From contig NIVC01002263.1 of assembly GCA_002269645.1 (NCBI GenBank), forward strand, positions 62,001-126,000: a DNA stretch of 64,000 nt, in the 5' to 3' direction. How positions within the stretch are numbered: position 1 is the stretch's first letter; every line of letters starts with the position of its first letter. Below are positions 12,604 through 26,490 of the stretch, in pieces. The notes under the pieces are model-generated. The model ran no database searches and was not told the DNA's origin. It saw only the letters and a list, made by a program, of their open reading frames with translations. This DNA comes from Macrostomum lignano. Its lineage: Eukaryota. Position numbers and translations under genes: made by a program.

Positions 12604-14669
12604 CTGGTGAATTGAGGATGTGGGCAATTCTTATTCAAACATAAGAAGTTAGAATTAGCCATGACAACCCAAAACTGTCTTGGTCATGTCACAGAAGTAT
12701 ACCATACTATGGATATGGACAGATAAATATGAATATGAATAGCTATTGGTAATAAGTGAAGCGAATTGGGGATACTAATCGCTTCCGTTTCTCGGGGATT
12801 TATCACCCTTCTCTCTGTGGTTTTATATTTGATTCGTTATTTTAGTCTCAGTGTCGTAAAACTACTCGCATATATTAGCGCCTCCCAGTTGTGGAAATAG
12901 CTCGTAGTCTAGAAAAGCAGACAAGCGAAGCCATAATGCTGTTGAAGTGAAATCGGGCTCTCGGACAGAAGACGGTGATAAATCATTAGACGGACGGGAG
13001 GAAAGGAAGTGGACAGCTTGGAGCGGTCAAGGCGTCTTGTCCAGATCCAACCCATGTAATGTCACTGCGCAGATGACAAATTTGCGATAATGTTTTGAAT
13101 ATTCGTTATCTTTCATTTCGTATTCATAGTAATAGTAAAGCGGTAGGAAATGGTTAGTTAGCATTTGTCCTTCATTGCTATTTAAGAGTGCGCGCGCGAG
13201 CAGCAAAACAAATTTTAAACAGAATATATAAAGTTCCTAACAAACCAACCCTCAACCGGCGCTGTCAAAAGGCCCAACTGAAGACCTGCCGACCGACAAA
13301 AATCGCTAATAGAACAAAGACCAACTGGAGTAAGGCTCAGACTGCTGGCGCCACAACAATTTAAGCCTCTTTATTTTTACGATCTACTAGCGTATATATG
13401 ATAAATTCTTCTTATATGATAGTATGCAGTAAAATATTGAGAAGATACGCATCAGTTCAATTCATAGCAGATGTGAAGGTTTGATAATAATTAACAATAT
13501 ATATTTACAAACTCTGCACACAGTGCGCCACGGTTGAACCCACCCAAGGGTACAAGCAATAAAACTTTAGACTTAACCAGGGCATGAAATTGGTGTTTTT
13601 AACTATTTAGTAAGTTGTGCGTCAAAGCGGAAAGCACGAGAGACGAGAGGCACACGAGGCCTGCGAGGGAGAGAGAGAGAAGGGGCAATCTAAAGGCCTG
13701 GCGGCACAAGGAAGGTTGGAATGCAATGTATGTGCAATGTTTAACCAGCGTGTACACACAAGTCCGCTCACTGTTGTGAGCTTGCTGACTCGTGTCTTAA
13801 GTTTATCTTAACCTATTATTATACGGACTAGATAGTATATTCGTTCAACTTTTATTAAATCGTCAATCAAATTTAAACTTAAAAGGTTGCAACAAATTCC
13901 AGCGTTTTGAGAGCTAGTTTAGATAAAAGGAGGGGGGAGCTGGGAGAGGAATCTAGAGCAGCGATGCACTTAAAGTTCAAGCGTGCGCGTTAGCTTAAGA
14001 AATTGAAAAACACCGCCGGGCGCCGCTTATGTTATACACGAGCTATTATTAGTGTAGCTTAAATAATTGGATTTGATAAGCTCTTTCCCACCATTGGCTT
14101 GACTTGCGGGCCCATACAACTTATTACTTAGATAAGCGAACAGCCCCAGATTCACTAGCCTCACTCCCGCCTGTAAATTTCACCAAGCCGAAGATTTTTT
14201 AATAGATTAGCCTATTCTGCGCAGTTCTCGCTGCCAAAAATTAAACTTTGACCTTTCCCCAAGTGCAGTTTAGCCTATTATTTAGCCTATACCCCAGGGC
14301 CCAAGGCAGGCAAGAGTATTCTAATTATCAGAAGCTATAAAATATTTCATTAAATTGAAGTCACCTTTATGGCTTTATTTGTTTGTTGATAAACGCAGTC
14401 GCACGTTCATTATGAAATAAATAATTAATTAACTCCATGTGTACGTTCGATTGGATGGAAATTTTACTAAAAAACAGCTTACGTGCAAGTACACGTAAAC
14501 ACATAATATGTGGACATTATTGGAGGAGTGGAGGACCAAAAGCATTAAAAGGACAAAGTGTTGGTTAAAAGGCTGGCTGGGTCTAGCCTAGGCTAGGAGT
14601 ATAGCATTCCCTCATTCAAGGTAAATGTTCAGGCCTCAGAGCAGAGCAGTATAAAAAAGTCGCACTCAC

Positions 14670-15397
14670 CGTTCCATTTGGCTCTGATTTCTGCACAATT
14701 CATCCTGATACTGCAGCAGCATCCAGAAGGGCGGCGGAGGCACATCCGGATGCATGTGCTCCCACATTGATTTCAAATTGCTGTAGTGCGGCTCTTTGGC
14801 CGCCGCTGCTGCCGCCGCTGCCGCCGCCTGCGGAAATGCGGCAGCCTGCTGCATTACCTGGCACATCTGAGCATGCGCCTGCATTCGCTGGTACTCTTGC
14901 TGCAGTCTTTGTTGATGCATCTGTTGTTGCTGCTGTTGAGCCTGTTGTTGCTGTTGTTGTTGCTGTTGTTGAAGTGCCAGTAGATGCGCGTGGTGCTGTT
15001 GATATAACAGCATCTGCTCAGCGTCCGCTTTGCTCATTGACGCCAATGACCCTCCTGAAGTTGTCGCTGGATACTTCGGAATGGCGTGACCATTTCCGCC
15101 GTATATTGAACTTATTAAATAGTTTTTCTCACTAGATGGTAGACTCTGCTGTTGCCGCTGATGATGATGGCTGCTGCGGCTGTGCTGATGCTGTTGCTGC
15201 TGCTGGTGCTGCTGCTGGTGCTGCTGCAACTGCTGCTGCTGCAACTGCTGCTGCTGATACTGCTGATGATGCTGAGCTAGTTGAGCTGCAGCTGCAGCGG
15301 CCGCCGCAGCTGCAGCAGCCTGGCTATGATTCTGCTGCTGTGCCATCAGCGAGGCTTGCGAAGCACCACTGCTGCTGCTCATTAGCTTCTTGTGCAT
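14670..15397 (-). CDS. KDM3: KDM3/JMJD1C-like gene, first visible coding exon (Gln/Ala/His-rich)
   Basis: ORF 14666..15397; acceptor cttcctgtag| 12 nt before the ATG; donor GAA CG|gtgagt (phase 2). Further upstream exons cannot be excluded. Confidence 0.72.
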
Positions 15398-15759
15398 TTC
15401 GGGAGCTTTCTACAGGAAGACTGAATGAGGTAAAATTCAAACAGCCAATATATAGGTGTACAATTATATTGGCTTGGACTGGAGGGTAATCTCGTTCTTT
15501 ATTAAGACCGAAGTCTGTCTGTCTGGGTTCTTTTCTGTTAGTCTAAGTGCGTTCCAATTCCGTTCCGACTGAAGTGACACACACAGAGATCGGGTCAGGA
15601 TGTTCTATTTATATTGGGGGTAGTGCTGCACTTGCCTTGGTTTTTGAACACGAGAGGCGGGGTGAGACAACTGGGCTTATCTTGCCATATACACAGACGG
15701 GGCACGCATTATTATTAAAGCGAAATTCCAAGTCCAGCCGGTTATACTGAAGGGTATTA

Positions 15760-15950
15760 TTATTATGGCAGCCAACCCCCGGGCGGCCAACCTCATTCCC
15801 CGCGAAACCTTTTTAGAGAGTGCAACGCAGGATTGGCCCGCCAAGGGGGGGCCGGAGTTGGGGCGGGGTTGTGCAACGTGTAACGAAAACGGAGTTGGGG
15901 TGGTGGGGCCTGGCTTGGACTGCAGAGAGGAGGCCAGTGTGGTTTAGTTG
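15760..15950. promoter_or_regulatory. GC-rich patch with GC box (GGGGCGGGG) and ATTGG/CCAAT box, possible promoter element for the KDM3-like gene
   Basis: Motifs visible about 350-550 bp upstream of the first visible exon; no transcript evidence. Confidence 0.25.
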
Positions 15951-18419
15951 GTTGGTTCAGTTATAAAACACTGAAGGAGCAAGGAAGGCCCAATATTTCG
16001 GGTCAGATGGGTGCAGTGGCAGCCTCAGAAAATAGCTCGTAAATTTTGCATACTCTGCTTTAACAAGCCCGTCATTGGCCTCTTCAATTGAATATTGTCT
16101 ACCTGCCTGCCCGGCTCATCAATCATCATGATCCGTCGCCTTTAGCTAGCTAGCAAGCTTAGCTCTTTATCTTCACCTCTTCACAAGCTTGCATCTGTCA
16201 TTTACCGAGATTGAATTAGAAATTTGAAAGCTTCTTGAAGTCACATCTGATTATTACAATTTATTTCTTGTCGTTAATTAATAGAAAATTAATTTCTTTT
16301 TGAGAAAACGAATTTCTAAAATAATAGCTAAAGCCGACAGACACGGTGGAAAATGTAATTTTAAAAAGTGGATTTTTAATTGCATTAAAATTTACCATTT
16401 AAGCCCTTGTATCCAGGATAACTAGGATTAGCGGGAAAATCGCCCCTTTTGCGCGCTCATTTTGTAATTAAAATTTGAGTCTCAGTCAGTAGTCACTCAC
16501 TGCGGACTCACTGCAACTATACTGCACCGTGTAACAGAAAGCCTTCTTTTGATTAATTTCCATTTCCAACTAGGGTGGGGCTCAGCAACCAAAAACAAGG
16601 TCGCAAGCGCATAAAGCGCACAAGAAAATCTGCCTAAGCAGCAATAGCGGCACATTGTTCTGTTGTTTGCATTGGCTTTTATTTAGCACAAGTACAGTCA
16701 AGCCCAGTGTGACTGCTGGGTGGAAATCGGAATGCATGCGATAAATATATTACTTTTTGTACTTTGCCCTTCGCTCTTAACATTAACTAAGACTAATAAA
16801 TGTGACCATTTTATAGGTTGCTGATAGCTAATAAATAATCAGTATGTTTAAAATTTAACTTGCCTATCTATAAACAAACAAGGCTTATATCCAGATAGAA
16901 AATACGGGGTTATTTCACTTTCTATTTTGTACTGTGTAGCACACACATCAAGCTATGTACACCCAGACAACACAACCGTTGATAAGATAAGGGGCTTGGC
17001 TTAGCCTTAGGGCGTTGGGGCTTGGTTAGAAAGATAATATAGCACTACTGGAATTTGGAGAGTAAAATAGCGTGCTGAACATGTGGGGTGGAACGCGCTG
17101 GGGTGCTTCGGAAGGCCTGGCCTGAACCTCACCAACCCCCCCCGCCCCAGTGCATACAAAAAGGTCAAAGAATGCCCAAGAATTGCGCAGCTAAGCAAAA
17201 AAACTTATGCATGGCAATATTAGGCATGAAGTGGTGGATAAAAAGTCCTACTTATACAACTGATATGAAAGGTCATTCCACGCTTACCAAAAAGTAAAAC
17301 AGGCTTTATAGCTGATTCGGAAAGGCACTGCTGCACTTTAGCAGCTTAATATCTCCTCCCCCATGCTAGGCGCAGCTGCACATCTGACATCTCCGATACC
17401 AACAACCGTGGCAAAAGAACATGGCGCACTAGCAACAGGAAATAAATTTATAAATTTTCTTTTGCGAAGCAAACAGCTTGGATGGAACATAAAAGGTGAA
17501 GGCTGCTAATATTACGTTAAAATATTTATAGTACATGCATCAAAATCTGATATTCATAGGCAAAGAGAAAGAGAAAATTATTATCAACGGCTTCGATTTA
17601 TGAATATTTGTAGAAATTGATACTATTGGATTAGACACGCCTAGAAGCCTCCGTCGGCTTGAGAGAAGTCAAAGTACATTATATATCTTATATGTATACA
17701 TATAGATAAGCCAGAGATCGATGCATCGGAATAAGAGACTTTTATCAGCTGCTAGTTGATTGCAAATCGATCCCAAGGGAATATTTGGTTAGGGGTAGAG
17801 CATAGAGGAATGGAATCTGAATTTATAAGCATAGAATTAGTCTATCAAATATCCATCCATCAATATACGAGTACTATAGACGCGTGCTCAAGTTTCAGCA
17901 CTCTTGAAAAGTATATACATATATATATTACGAGCGTAGATGCGACATAAATTTCTACGTTTCGTACAATTTCGGTAACCCGGATTTATATATTGTAATG
18001 TAAACGATATGTACTCGTATACCTTTCGCATAAGCAAGGCAGCGCAGAGTTAAAACCAAGAGAGAGGAAGAGATGGAGATTCTATATTGATAAGAATGAT
18101 TTGGAGAATAAAAATTCTGAAAAAGTGTGCATGGGAAGTTGGAATTGGAAACCGTAACAGAAATATGTTGACTCATATAAAAGTACAAAGCTTCCATTTA
18201 TTTGAGCTACTCTAATAGTAATGTTATATCGGGTCGGGCGGTTTGCTCAAACTACGAGTACTTTCTGGCGAATGTCGTAGAGAATGCTTTGAAAAATCCT
18301 CCAATCTTCACATTCCAAAAGTCGTTCGAAATCGGTTGGGGGTTCCGAAGAGTGCCTGGCATGCGTAATACTCGAAAAATTGGGGGGGGGGGGGTGAAGA
18401 AGCCTAGGGTGGAAAAAGT

Positions 18420-19740
18420 TAATAAAATTTGGGAATGTGAAGAAGCTTGGAGTTGCAAATAGTGCCTGTATAATAAAATCGGGGGAATGTAAAGAAGCTT
18501 GGGGGTTGAAAATAGTCCCTGTGTAATAAAATCGGGGGAATGTGAAGAAGCTTAGAGTTGCAAATAGTCCCTGTATAATAAAATCGGGGGAATGTGAAGA
18601 AGCTTAGAGTTGCAAATAGTCTCTGTGTAATAAAATCGGGGGAATGTAAAGAAGCTTGGGGGTTGAAAATAGTCCCTGTGTAATAAAATCGGGGGGAATG
18701 TGAAGAAGCTTGGAGTTGCAAATAGTGCCTGTATAATAAAATCGGGGGAATGTAAAGAAGCTTGGGGGTTGAAAATAGTCCCTGTGTAATAAAATCGGGG
18801 GAATGTGAAGAAGCTTAGAGTTGCAAATAGTCCCTGTATAATAAAATCGGGGGAATGTGAAGAAGCTTGGAGTTGCAAATAGTGCCTGTATAATAAAATC
18901 GGGGAATGTAAAGAAGCTTGGGGGTTGAAAATAGTCCCTGTGTAATAAAATCGGGGGAATGTGAAGAAGCTTAGAGTTGCAAATAGTCTCTGTGTAATAA
19001 AATCGGGGGAATGTAAAGAAGCTTGGGGGTTGAAAATAGTCCCTGTGTAATAAAATCGGGGGAATGTGAAGAAGCTTAGAGTTGCAAATAGTGCCTGTAT
19101 AATAAAATCGGGGGAATGTAAAGAAGCTTGGGGGTTGAAAATAATCCCTGTATAATAAAATCGGGGGAATGTAAAGAAGCTTGGGGGTTGAAAATAGTCT
19201 CTGTGTAATAAAATCGGGGGAATGTAAAGAAGCTTGGGGGTTGAAAATAGTCCCTGTGTAATAAAATCGGGGGAATGTGAAGAAGCTTAGAGTTGCAAAT
19301 AGTGCCTGTATAATAAAATCGGGGGAATGTAAAGAAGCTTGGGGGTTGAAAATAGTCCCTGTGTAATAAAATCGGGGAATGTGAAGAAGCTTAGAGTTGC
19401 AAATAGTGCCCGTATAATAAAATCGGGGGAATGTAAAGAAGCTTGGGGGTTGAAAATAATCCCTGTATAATAAAATCGGGGGAATGTAAAGAAGCTTGGG
19501 GGTTGAAAATAGTCTCTGTGTAATAAAATCGGGGGGAATGTGAAGAAGCTTGGGGGTTGAAAATAGTCCCTGTATAATAAAATCGGGGGAATGTAAAGAA
19601 GCTTGGGGGTTGAAAATAGTCTCTGTATAATAAAATCGGGGGGAATGTGAAGAAGCTTGGGGGTTGAAAATAGTCCCTGTATAATAAAATCGGGGGGAAT
19701 GTGAAGAAGCTTGGGGTTGAAAATAGTCCCTGTGTAATAA
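18420..19740. repeat. ~52-bp minisatellite with two alternating variants, about 25 copies
   Basis: Units of type AAATAGTCCCTGTGTAATAAAATCGGGGGAATGTGAAGAAGCTTAGAGTTGC alternate with ...GTAAAGAAGCTTGGGGGTTG types. Confidence 0.93.
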
Positions 19741-20769
19741 ATTACATGCACCTGGCTATGCTTCAAAAAGGAAAAATTCCTCCCAAAGTTATGTAAGTAG
19801 GAAAATTCGACCTCAAATTGCAGAACTGGTCGAAGACTGAGAAGAAAGTCAAAGCTTATCATACAAGGGTGGCTAATTCAAGCAGCTCGAATTATCAGGA
19901 TGTTAGAATAGCCTGCACGTTGACGACAAGGACTACTTAAGTATACGTTACTTTAGTCGTCCTTGGTTGACGACTTGTCTAAGCTCAACCTTGCAATTGT
20001 TTCTATAGCATTTGGCGGGCAAAATTGCATGTAACATTAGCTGTTCTTTGAGCTTGCTCATCCCCCCCCCCCCAGAAGATGGGGAGTGAGGCGTTGGTTC
20101 ATGCAGTGTTTTCCTTCTTTACCTCCGTATATTGTTAAAAATAGAATATTATTACAACACACAATGCCGACTGAGCATCAATGCATGAGGAGAGATTGTG
20201 ATTATGAGCAGATAATGAAGGAGACTGCTGCATGCTTCAATGAGAATTTACCTATTCAATCAATGTGTTAATGCAGATTAGCATAACTTCCAATAATAAT
20301 ATTACTAACCATAATATTCCCTTCCAATCAATAGAATCTAAGCCATAAAAAACGCACAACAGAGGCCTTTTGATTAATTCTTTATTCTATAGTCACACCA
20401 AGAATGGTAAATAATGTATAGAGTAAAAATTAATATACAATATGGGCATTGAATTCATTGCTCATTGCATGCTGCTATTGTTGTGCAGACGCAATTGCAC
20501 TGCTGTTAGATGCCGGGATTCAATAGGATTTGAGTGCGTTCTCTCGCGCAGTCACATTGTCAACTCGTATAAAGTAATAAAATACATTTTATTACTATAC
20601 ATATAGAATGCAATCGGTCCGAAGTGATGCCGGAAATGCCGTCCCTGGGTGCAAATCAATCAACGACTGGATGAGAGTGAGGGGAATGCAGTTGAATTGA
20701 GATGAGAGAACACACAGATTTGAGGGCATAAAACTGCGAAGGGAAGATAGGCGTCACGTCACAGCTGGT

Positions 20770-21060
20770 AGGAAGGGCCGGGGCATTAGAAACAGAGGGA
20801 GGGATAGGGAGAGAGGGAGAAAGGAGTAGGAGAGAGAGATGGGGAGACTGGGAGAGATGGAGAGGTGGGGAAGAGAGAGGGAGAGGGATAGAAGGAGAGA
20901 GGGAGATAGGGAGGAGAGAGAGGGAGAGATGGAGTGAGGAGGGAGAGGGACAAAGTAGAGAGCATAAGAAAGATAGGGGAGGGAGACTTCGGGATGAAAG
21001 AGAAGATGAATGGAGGAAGCAAGAGAAGATGCGGGAGAGCTAGGGGCTGGAAGGGGGATG
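20770..21060. repeat. GA-rich low-complexity tract
   Basis: Polypurine sequence directly visible. Confidence 0.7.
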
Positions 21061-21959
21061 AACCGATGCAGTGAGCAGTGTAGCGGCTGTAGAAGCAACA
21101 GATTCAATGCTCAAAGCAGCGCCTGAGCGGAAAGTAGCAGGATCTCGGGAAAGCAGGATTCTCTCGGGGCAGTAAATCGTTAAATTTTCTAGTGCGACAG
21201 CGGATATGAGAGCACGGGCATGCAGATTTCAAGGTTTTTTTTGAAAATTAGCCTGTCACAAAAACAAGCACGGGGGGGGGCTCAGCTGGACTGGGCGAGG
21301 GCATATTAGTAGAAGCTTCTGAATCCATCCCCTATAGCTCAAAGCAAAAGGGGGGGCAGACTAATTTTGAGGCGCGGCAGAGGAAAGAGGCACGGCAAAA
21401 AGGAAATGACGAGTAAGGAGGAGGAGGAGACAGAAACTCGAGAGGCTGCGCAGTCATCATCCCGCTCTGCACTTTTAAGCAGAGCCTGAGCAGTATTATT
21501 ATTAGAACAGAGAGCATTGTGAGTAGCCCCCACCCCACCCCACAGCCCCAGTAAACAAGCTCGGCTTCCTGCAGGCAAGACGACTGAAAGCTTTAATCTG
21601 CTACAGCTCGGAGCATTGGGGCGGATTTCGAGAGAATCCTTATCGATCCGCGGATTGCTGAAGGAGGGGAGGGGGGCTTCTTGAAGAGAAAATTGAAACT
21701 GCACAGCCGGTCACATGATTAACTGTTACTAGGACAAGATCTCCGCGCTTCCCTGTCCCATGGAGCAGGGTACATCCTGTCTACTAGCTCCTCTATACGA
21801 GTATCTGTCCGCATGCAGCGCTCGCAGTGTTTGGCCCAGCTATTTATGAATATTCACAACATTAAGCTGCTTAAGTCTTCTTACACTGCAAAATTGCTAT
21901 AGCAAAAGAAGACATGCGATTTCAATTTCATATCTCAAGTATTGCTTTAAAAATCTAAT

Positions 21960-22255
21960 ATCAGAATCTCAGAATCTCTCAGAATTTCTCATTCTTCTCA
22001 GAATCTCACTGTTTATCTCCCATTTCTCTCAGAACCTCACTTTTTATCTCGAATTTCTCTCAGAATCTCACTGTTTATCTTCCATGTCTCTCAGAATCTC
22101 ACTGTTTATCTCGCATTTCTCTCAGAATCTCATTGTTTATCTTCCGTCTCTGTTTATCTCCCGTTTCTTTCAGAATCCCACTGTTTATCTCAATTTCTCT
22201 CAGAATCTCACTGTTTATCTTCCATGTCTCTCAGAATCTCACTTATTTATCTCAA
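21960..22255. repeat. Degenerate ~31-bp tandem repeat (TTTCTCTCAGAATCTCACTGTTTATCTC core)
   Basis: Directly visible, about 9 imperfect copies. Confidence 0.85.
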
Positions 22256-22824
22256 TTGGAGTTCCATCAAAAGCTCAGCCATTCTACCTTAATTACCCGA
22301 ACTGTTGGCATCAAACTCCCTTCGCTCATGCCGCTCGTACAGCAAGTTTTCCACGGTCTTATTTTTCGGCAGCTCAGGCAGTCCGGCTTCAATTATGCAG
22401 CTGTTCCTCGGAGTGGCACGCACAATGCACGCCAATACTATATTTATAATACATTTATTTACATGACTGTTTTTTTATATTGAAATGCATTGTTTCTCAC
22501 CGCCGTGTTGTTTCCTGGGGTCGCGCGAGTCGCATTACAGTCGCAATAATAATGTTTTGAGCACAGCAGAGAGATTAAATCCGCCACCCCAGCCAAGAAA
22601 TGTAATGCTCTATGCAATGCTCTAACTGACAATGGCGCAGATTAGGCAGAGAAAAATTCCAAATTCTTTGATTAGAACCCTGGATTGGGAAAGCTTGAAG
22701 AAAATAGAACACGACAGAATGTACTTTTAGTTCTAAACTGTTTTGCCAACTGAATAACAAATAATTTGCGTGTGATATTTTGTTAAAAAAAGGTGCAGGA
22801 GATCGCGAATGCCGATAAATGACC

Positions 22825-23412
22825 CTCTTGCTATCATGGCGCCCCCTCTTGCTATCATGGCGCCCCGTCTTGCTATCATGGCGCCCCCTCTTGCTATTAT
22901 GGCGCCCCTCTTGCTATCATGGCGTCCCCTCTTGCTATCATGGCGTCCCCTCTTGCTATCATGGCGCCCCGTCTTGCTATCATGGCGTCCCCTCTTGCTA
23001 TCATGGCGCCCCCTCTTGCTATCATGGCGCCCCCTCTTGCTATCATGGCGCCCCCTCTTGCTATCATGGCGCCCCCTCTTGCTATCATGGCGTCCCCTCT
23101 TGCTATCATGGCGCCCCCTCTTGCTATCATGGCGTCCCCTCTTGCTATCATGGCGCCCGTCTTGCTATCATGGCGCCCCGTCTTGCTATCATGGCGCCCC
23201 GTCTTGCTATCATGGCGCCCCGTCTTGCTATCATGGCGCCCCCTCTTGCTATCATGGCGCCCCGTCTTGCTATCATGGCGCCCCGTCTTGCTATCATGGC
23301 GCCCCCTCTTGCTATCATGGCGCCCCGTCTTGCTATCATGGCGCCCCCTCTTGCTATCATGGCGCCCCCTCTTGCTATCATGGCGCCCCGTCTTGCTATC
23401 ATGGCGCCCCTC
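22825..23412. repeat. 21-bp minisatellite (CTTGCTATCATGGCGCCCCCT)n, about 28 copies
   Basis: Directly visible. Confidence 0.95.
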
Positions 23413-24457
23413 AGCAGATATCTAGCGCCTCTAAGTACATATTTAGTGCCGCTAAGTAGACATATAGCGCCTGGCTACGCATTTCGAATGAACAAAATCC
23501 TTTAATGCTAATAGCATGCCATTTAAAGCAGACGAGAGGCAGATACTAATACTAATCAGTAGCAGCCTCTTCTACAGGCAGCACAAGCCGATCAGATGTA
23601 GGATCACGAATTCTTAAATATAGAGCAAAAGAGCTGTTGAAGAGCTTCTTTAGAAATTACCTACGCCCCTTCGCTGTTCCCCCGTCAGCCTTCCCGTTAC
23701 CCATGCTAATTAGGGGTGCATCTTTGTAACACAGCTTTTGAGGCTTCGCGAATTTCTCTCCAAGTTATCCCCATCATGCCGACCCGCCTGCCCCTGCGCA
23801 TTGAACTTCGCGTGATGACCTTGCTATGAACCAACTTGTAGCAGAAAGTAATAGCAGCTTTATCTGCTATCTGCTATTATCGCCCGCACAGTGTCGCACT
23901 AGTTCAGAATGATGAAATAGAAACTGTTTATAAAAGCTATGTATACATGTATGCATATACATTGCGAGTACCAGAAATAGATGAGAGGTAGAGAAGACAT
24001 ACTATCAATATTATTAGCCTAAGGACAACCACTCGTATGAAGTATCTGGATTGGAAATTATTAGTCCTGTAGCAGGCTGATAGAGCTTTGGAATTAAAAC
24101 AAAATACAATATAGACAAAGGGCTCCGACTTCTTGCCATGTGTTTGGCTTTCCAATCCAGATTGGCTAATTCTAGAAATTCATGGCTCAGGCTGACCACC
24201 GGACTCCCTCTCACCCCTCCTAGCTATCTCTCTCTCTCTCTCTCTAGTGCAAAAAATACAATGACGTGACAAGCCTGTGAAGGTTTAGACTCTTATCTAT
24301 TTATTAGTATTACTCATACTGTTTGGCGAACAAATTGCTAAAAAAACTGCACTTACGCTCGTAATTTATGAGCAGTTTTTCTGTGTAGCTCACTAGCTGT
24401 TGCTGTGTTTCTCCATACTACCGTCTGGCGACAGGGCGATTTTCAATTGGGTTTCAT

Positions 24458-25350
24458 GTCAGGGGGGGCGCCAAACTTCTGCAGGGTGTCAGAGGGGCGC
24501 CAAACTTCTGCAGGGTGTCAGAGGGGCGCCAAACTTCTGCAGGGTGTCAGAGGAGCACCAAACTTCTGCAGGGTGTCAGAGGGGCACCAAACTTCTGCAG
24601 GGTGTCAGAGGGGCGCCAAACTTCTGCAGGGTGTCAGAGGGGCGCCAAACTTCTGCAGGGTGTCAGAGGGGCGCCAAACTTCTGCAGGGTGTCAGAGGGG
24701 CGCCAAACTTCTGCAGGGTGTCAGAGGGGCGCCAAACTTCTGCAGGGCGTCAGAGGAGGGGCGCCAAACTTCTGCAGGGTGTCAGAGGAGCACCAAACTT
24801 CTGCAGGGTGTCAGAGGGGCGCCAAACTTCTGCAGGGCGTCAGAGGGGCGCCAAACTTCTGCAGGGCGTCAGAGGGGCGCCAAACTTCTGCAGGATGTCA
24901 GAGGGGCGCCAAACTTCTGCAAGGCGTCAGAGGGGCTCCAAACTTCTGCAGGGTGTCAGAGGAGCGCCAAACTTCTGCAGGGTGTCAGAGGGGCGCCAAA
25001 CTTCTGCAGGGCGTCAGAGGGGCGCCAAACTTCTGCAGGGCGTCAGAGGGGCGCCAAACTTCTGCAGGGTGTCAGAGGAGCACCAAACTTCTGCAGGGTG
25101 TCAGAGGGGCGCCAAACTTCTGCAGGGCGTCAGAGGGGCGCCAAACTTCTGCAGGGCGTCAGAGGGGCGCCAAACTTCTGCAGGGCGTCAGAGGGGCGCC
25201 AAACTTACTTAGGATGTCAGAGGGGCGCCAAACTTACTTAGGATGTCAGAGGGGCGCCAAACTTACTTAGGATATCAGAGGGACGCCAAACTTACATAGG
25301 ATGTCAGGGGGCGCCAAACTTACTTAGGATATCAGAGGGACGCCAAACTT
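24458..25350. repeat. 29-bp minisatellite (GTCAGAGGGGCGCCAAACTTCTGCAGGGT)n, about 31 copies
   Basis: Directly visible; right-hand units drift to a CTTACTTAGGAT variant. Confidence 0.95.
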
Positions 25351-26094
25351 ACATTGGATGTAAAAAAATCGCCACAAGAGATGCGCCGGCAGAGCGCTGC
25401 AGGGCAATCCAGCCTCCTCCACCTTAACTGCATTGCCGCACTCACTGCCCAGTTGCAAAACAAAAGAAGTGAAGAAAAACAAAAAGTTTAACTCGGAGAG
25501 AGCAGCTATAGTATAGCGTGCAAAACAGACTAGATAGATAGCATATTCACATAAAAATAAATAAAAAAGGCCCTGTCTATTGAGATGAACTGCAGTAAAA
25601 GTTTGAAAATTTGAAATTGGCATCTGACTAGAAGCTATAGCTATAAATCGCTTGAAACCGTTCGAAATGCGGAATATAAAGTTATTTTCTCATCATGTCA
25701 GCGCAGATGGATGGACGGACGGGCGGGCGGTTGGAGCAATTTTGAATTTTTCACTCTATAGATCGAGCCGCCGGGCCTTTAAAGCTGACTGACTAGCTGG
25801 GTTTCCAGGGAAAATGACCGAAAATACTAAAATGGAAAATTTTGCAATTTTCGGATGTATGCTTGTGCAGCAGTATTTGGGTATTAAGGATAGCATAAAG
25901 CCGGCTGCAGACTATTTTTATGCGGAATTGGTTTGAACTATTGCCCAAGAATGTACAACTTTTATTGGGACTGGGAAATCGAATTTCCGCTTTCAGAATT
26001 CGAGATCAAGGATGGGTCGTCTGCAATCCAGGATACATCTTGAACGTAATGTCTTGGGCATTCCGTTTGAAGGCTTAAGATTCAGTGTTGGGAT

Positions 26095-26490
26095 TTTAGG
26101 AATCGAGATTTCAGGGTTTGAGATTTCAGGGTTTGAGATTTCAGGGTTCGGGATTTCAGGCTTTGAGATTTCAGGGTTTGGGATTTCAGGCTTTACAATT
26201 TCAGCTTTTGAGATTTCAGGGTTTGAGATTTCAGGGTTAGGGATTTTCGGGTTCGGGGTTTCAGGGTTTGGGATTTCAGGCTTTAAGATTTCAGGGTTTG
26301 GGATTTCAGGGTTTGGGATTTCAGGGTTTGATATTTCAGGCTTTGGGATTTCAGGCCTTGGGATTTCAGGCTTTGGTATTTCAGGCTTCAAGATTTCAGG
26401 GTTTGGGATTTCAGGCTTTGAGATTTCAGGGTTTGGGAATTCAGGAAGTTTGGGATTTTAGGAATCGGGATTTCAGGGTTTGGGATTTTA
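26095..26490. repeat. 15-bp minisatellite (GGGATTTCAGGGTTT)n, about 26 copies
   Basis: Directly visible; explains the GISGF/NPEIP ORFs. Confidence 0.93.
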
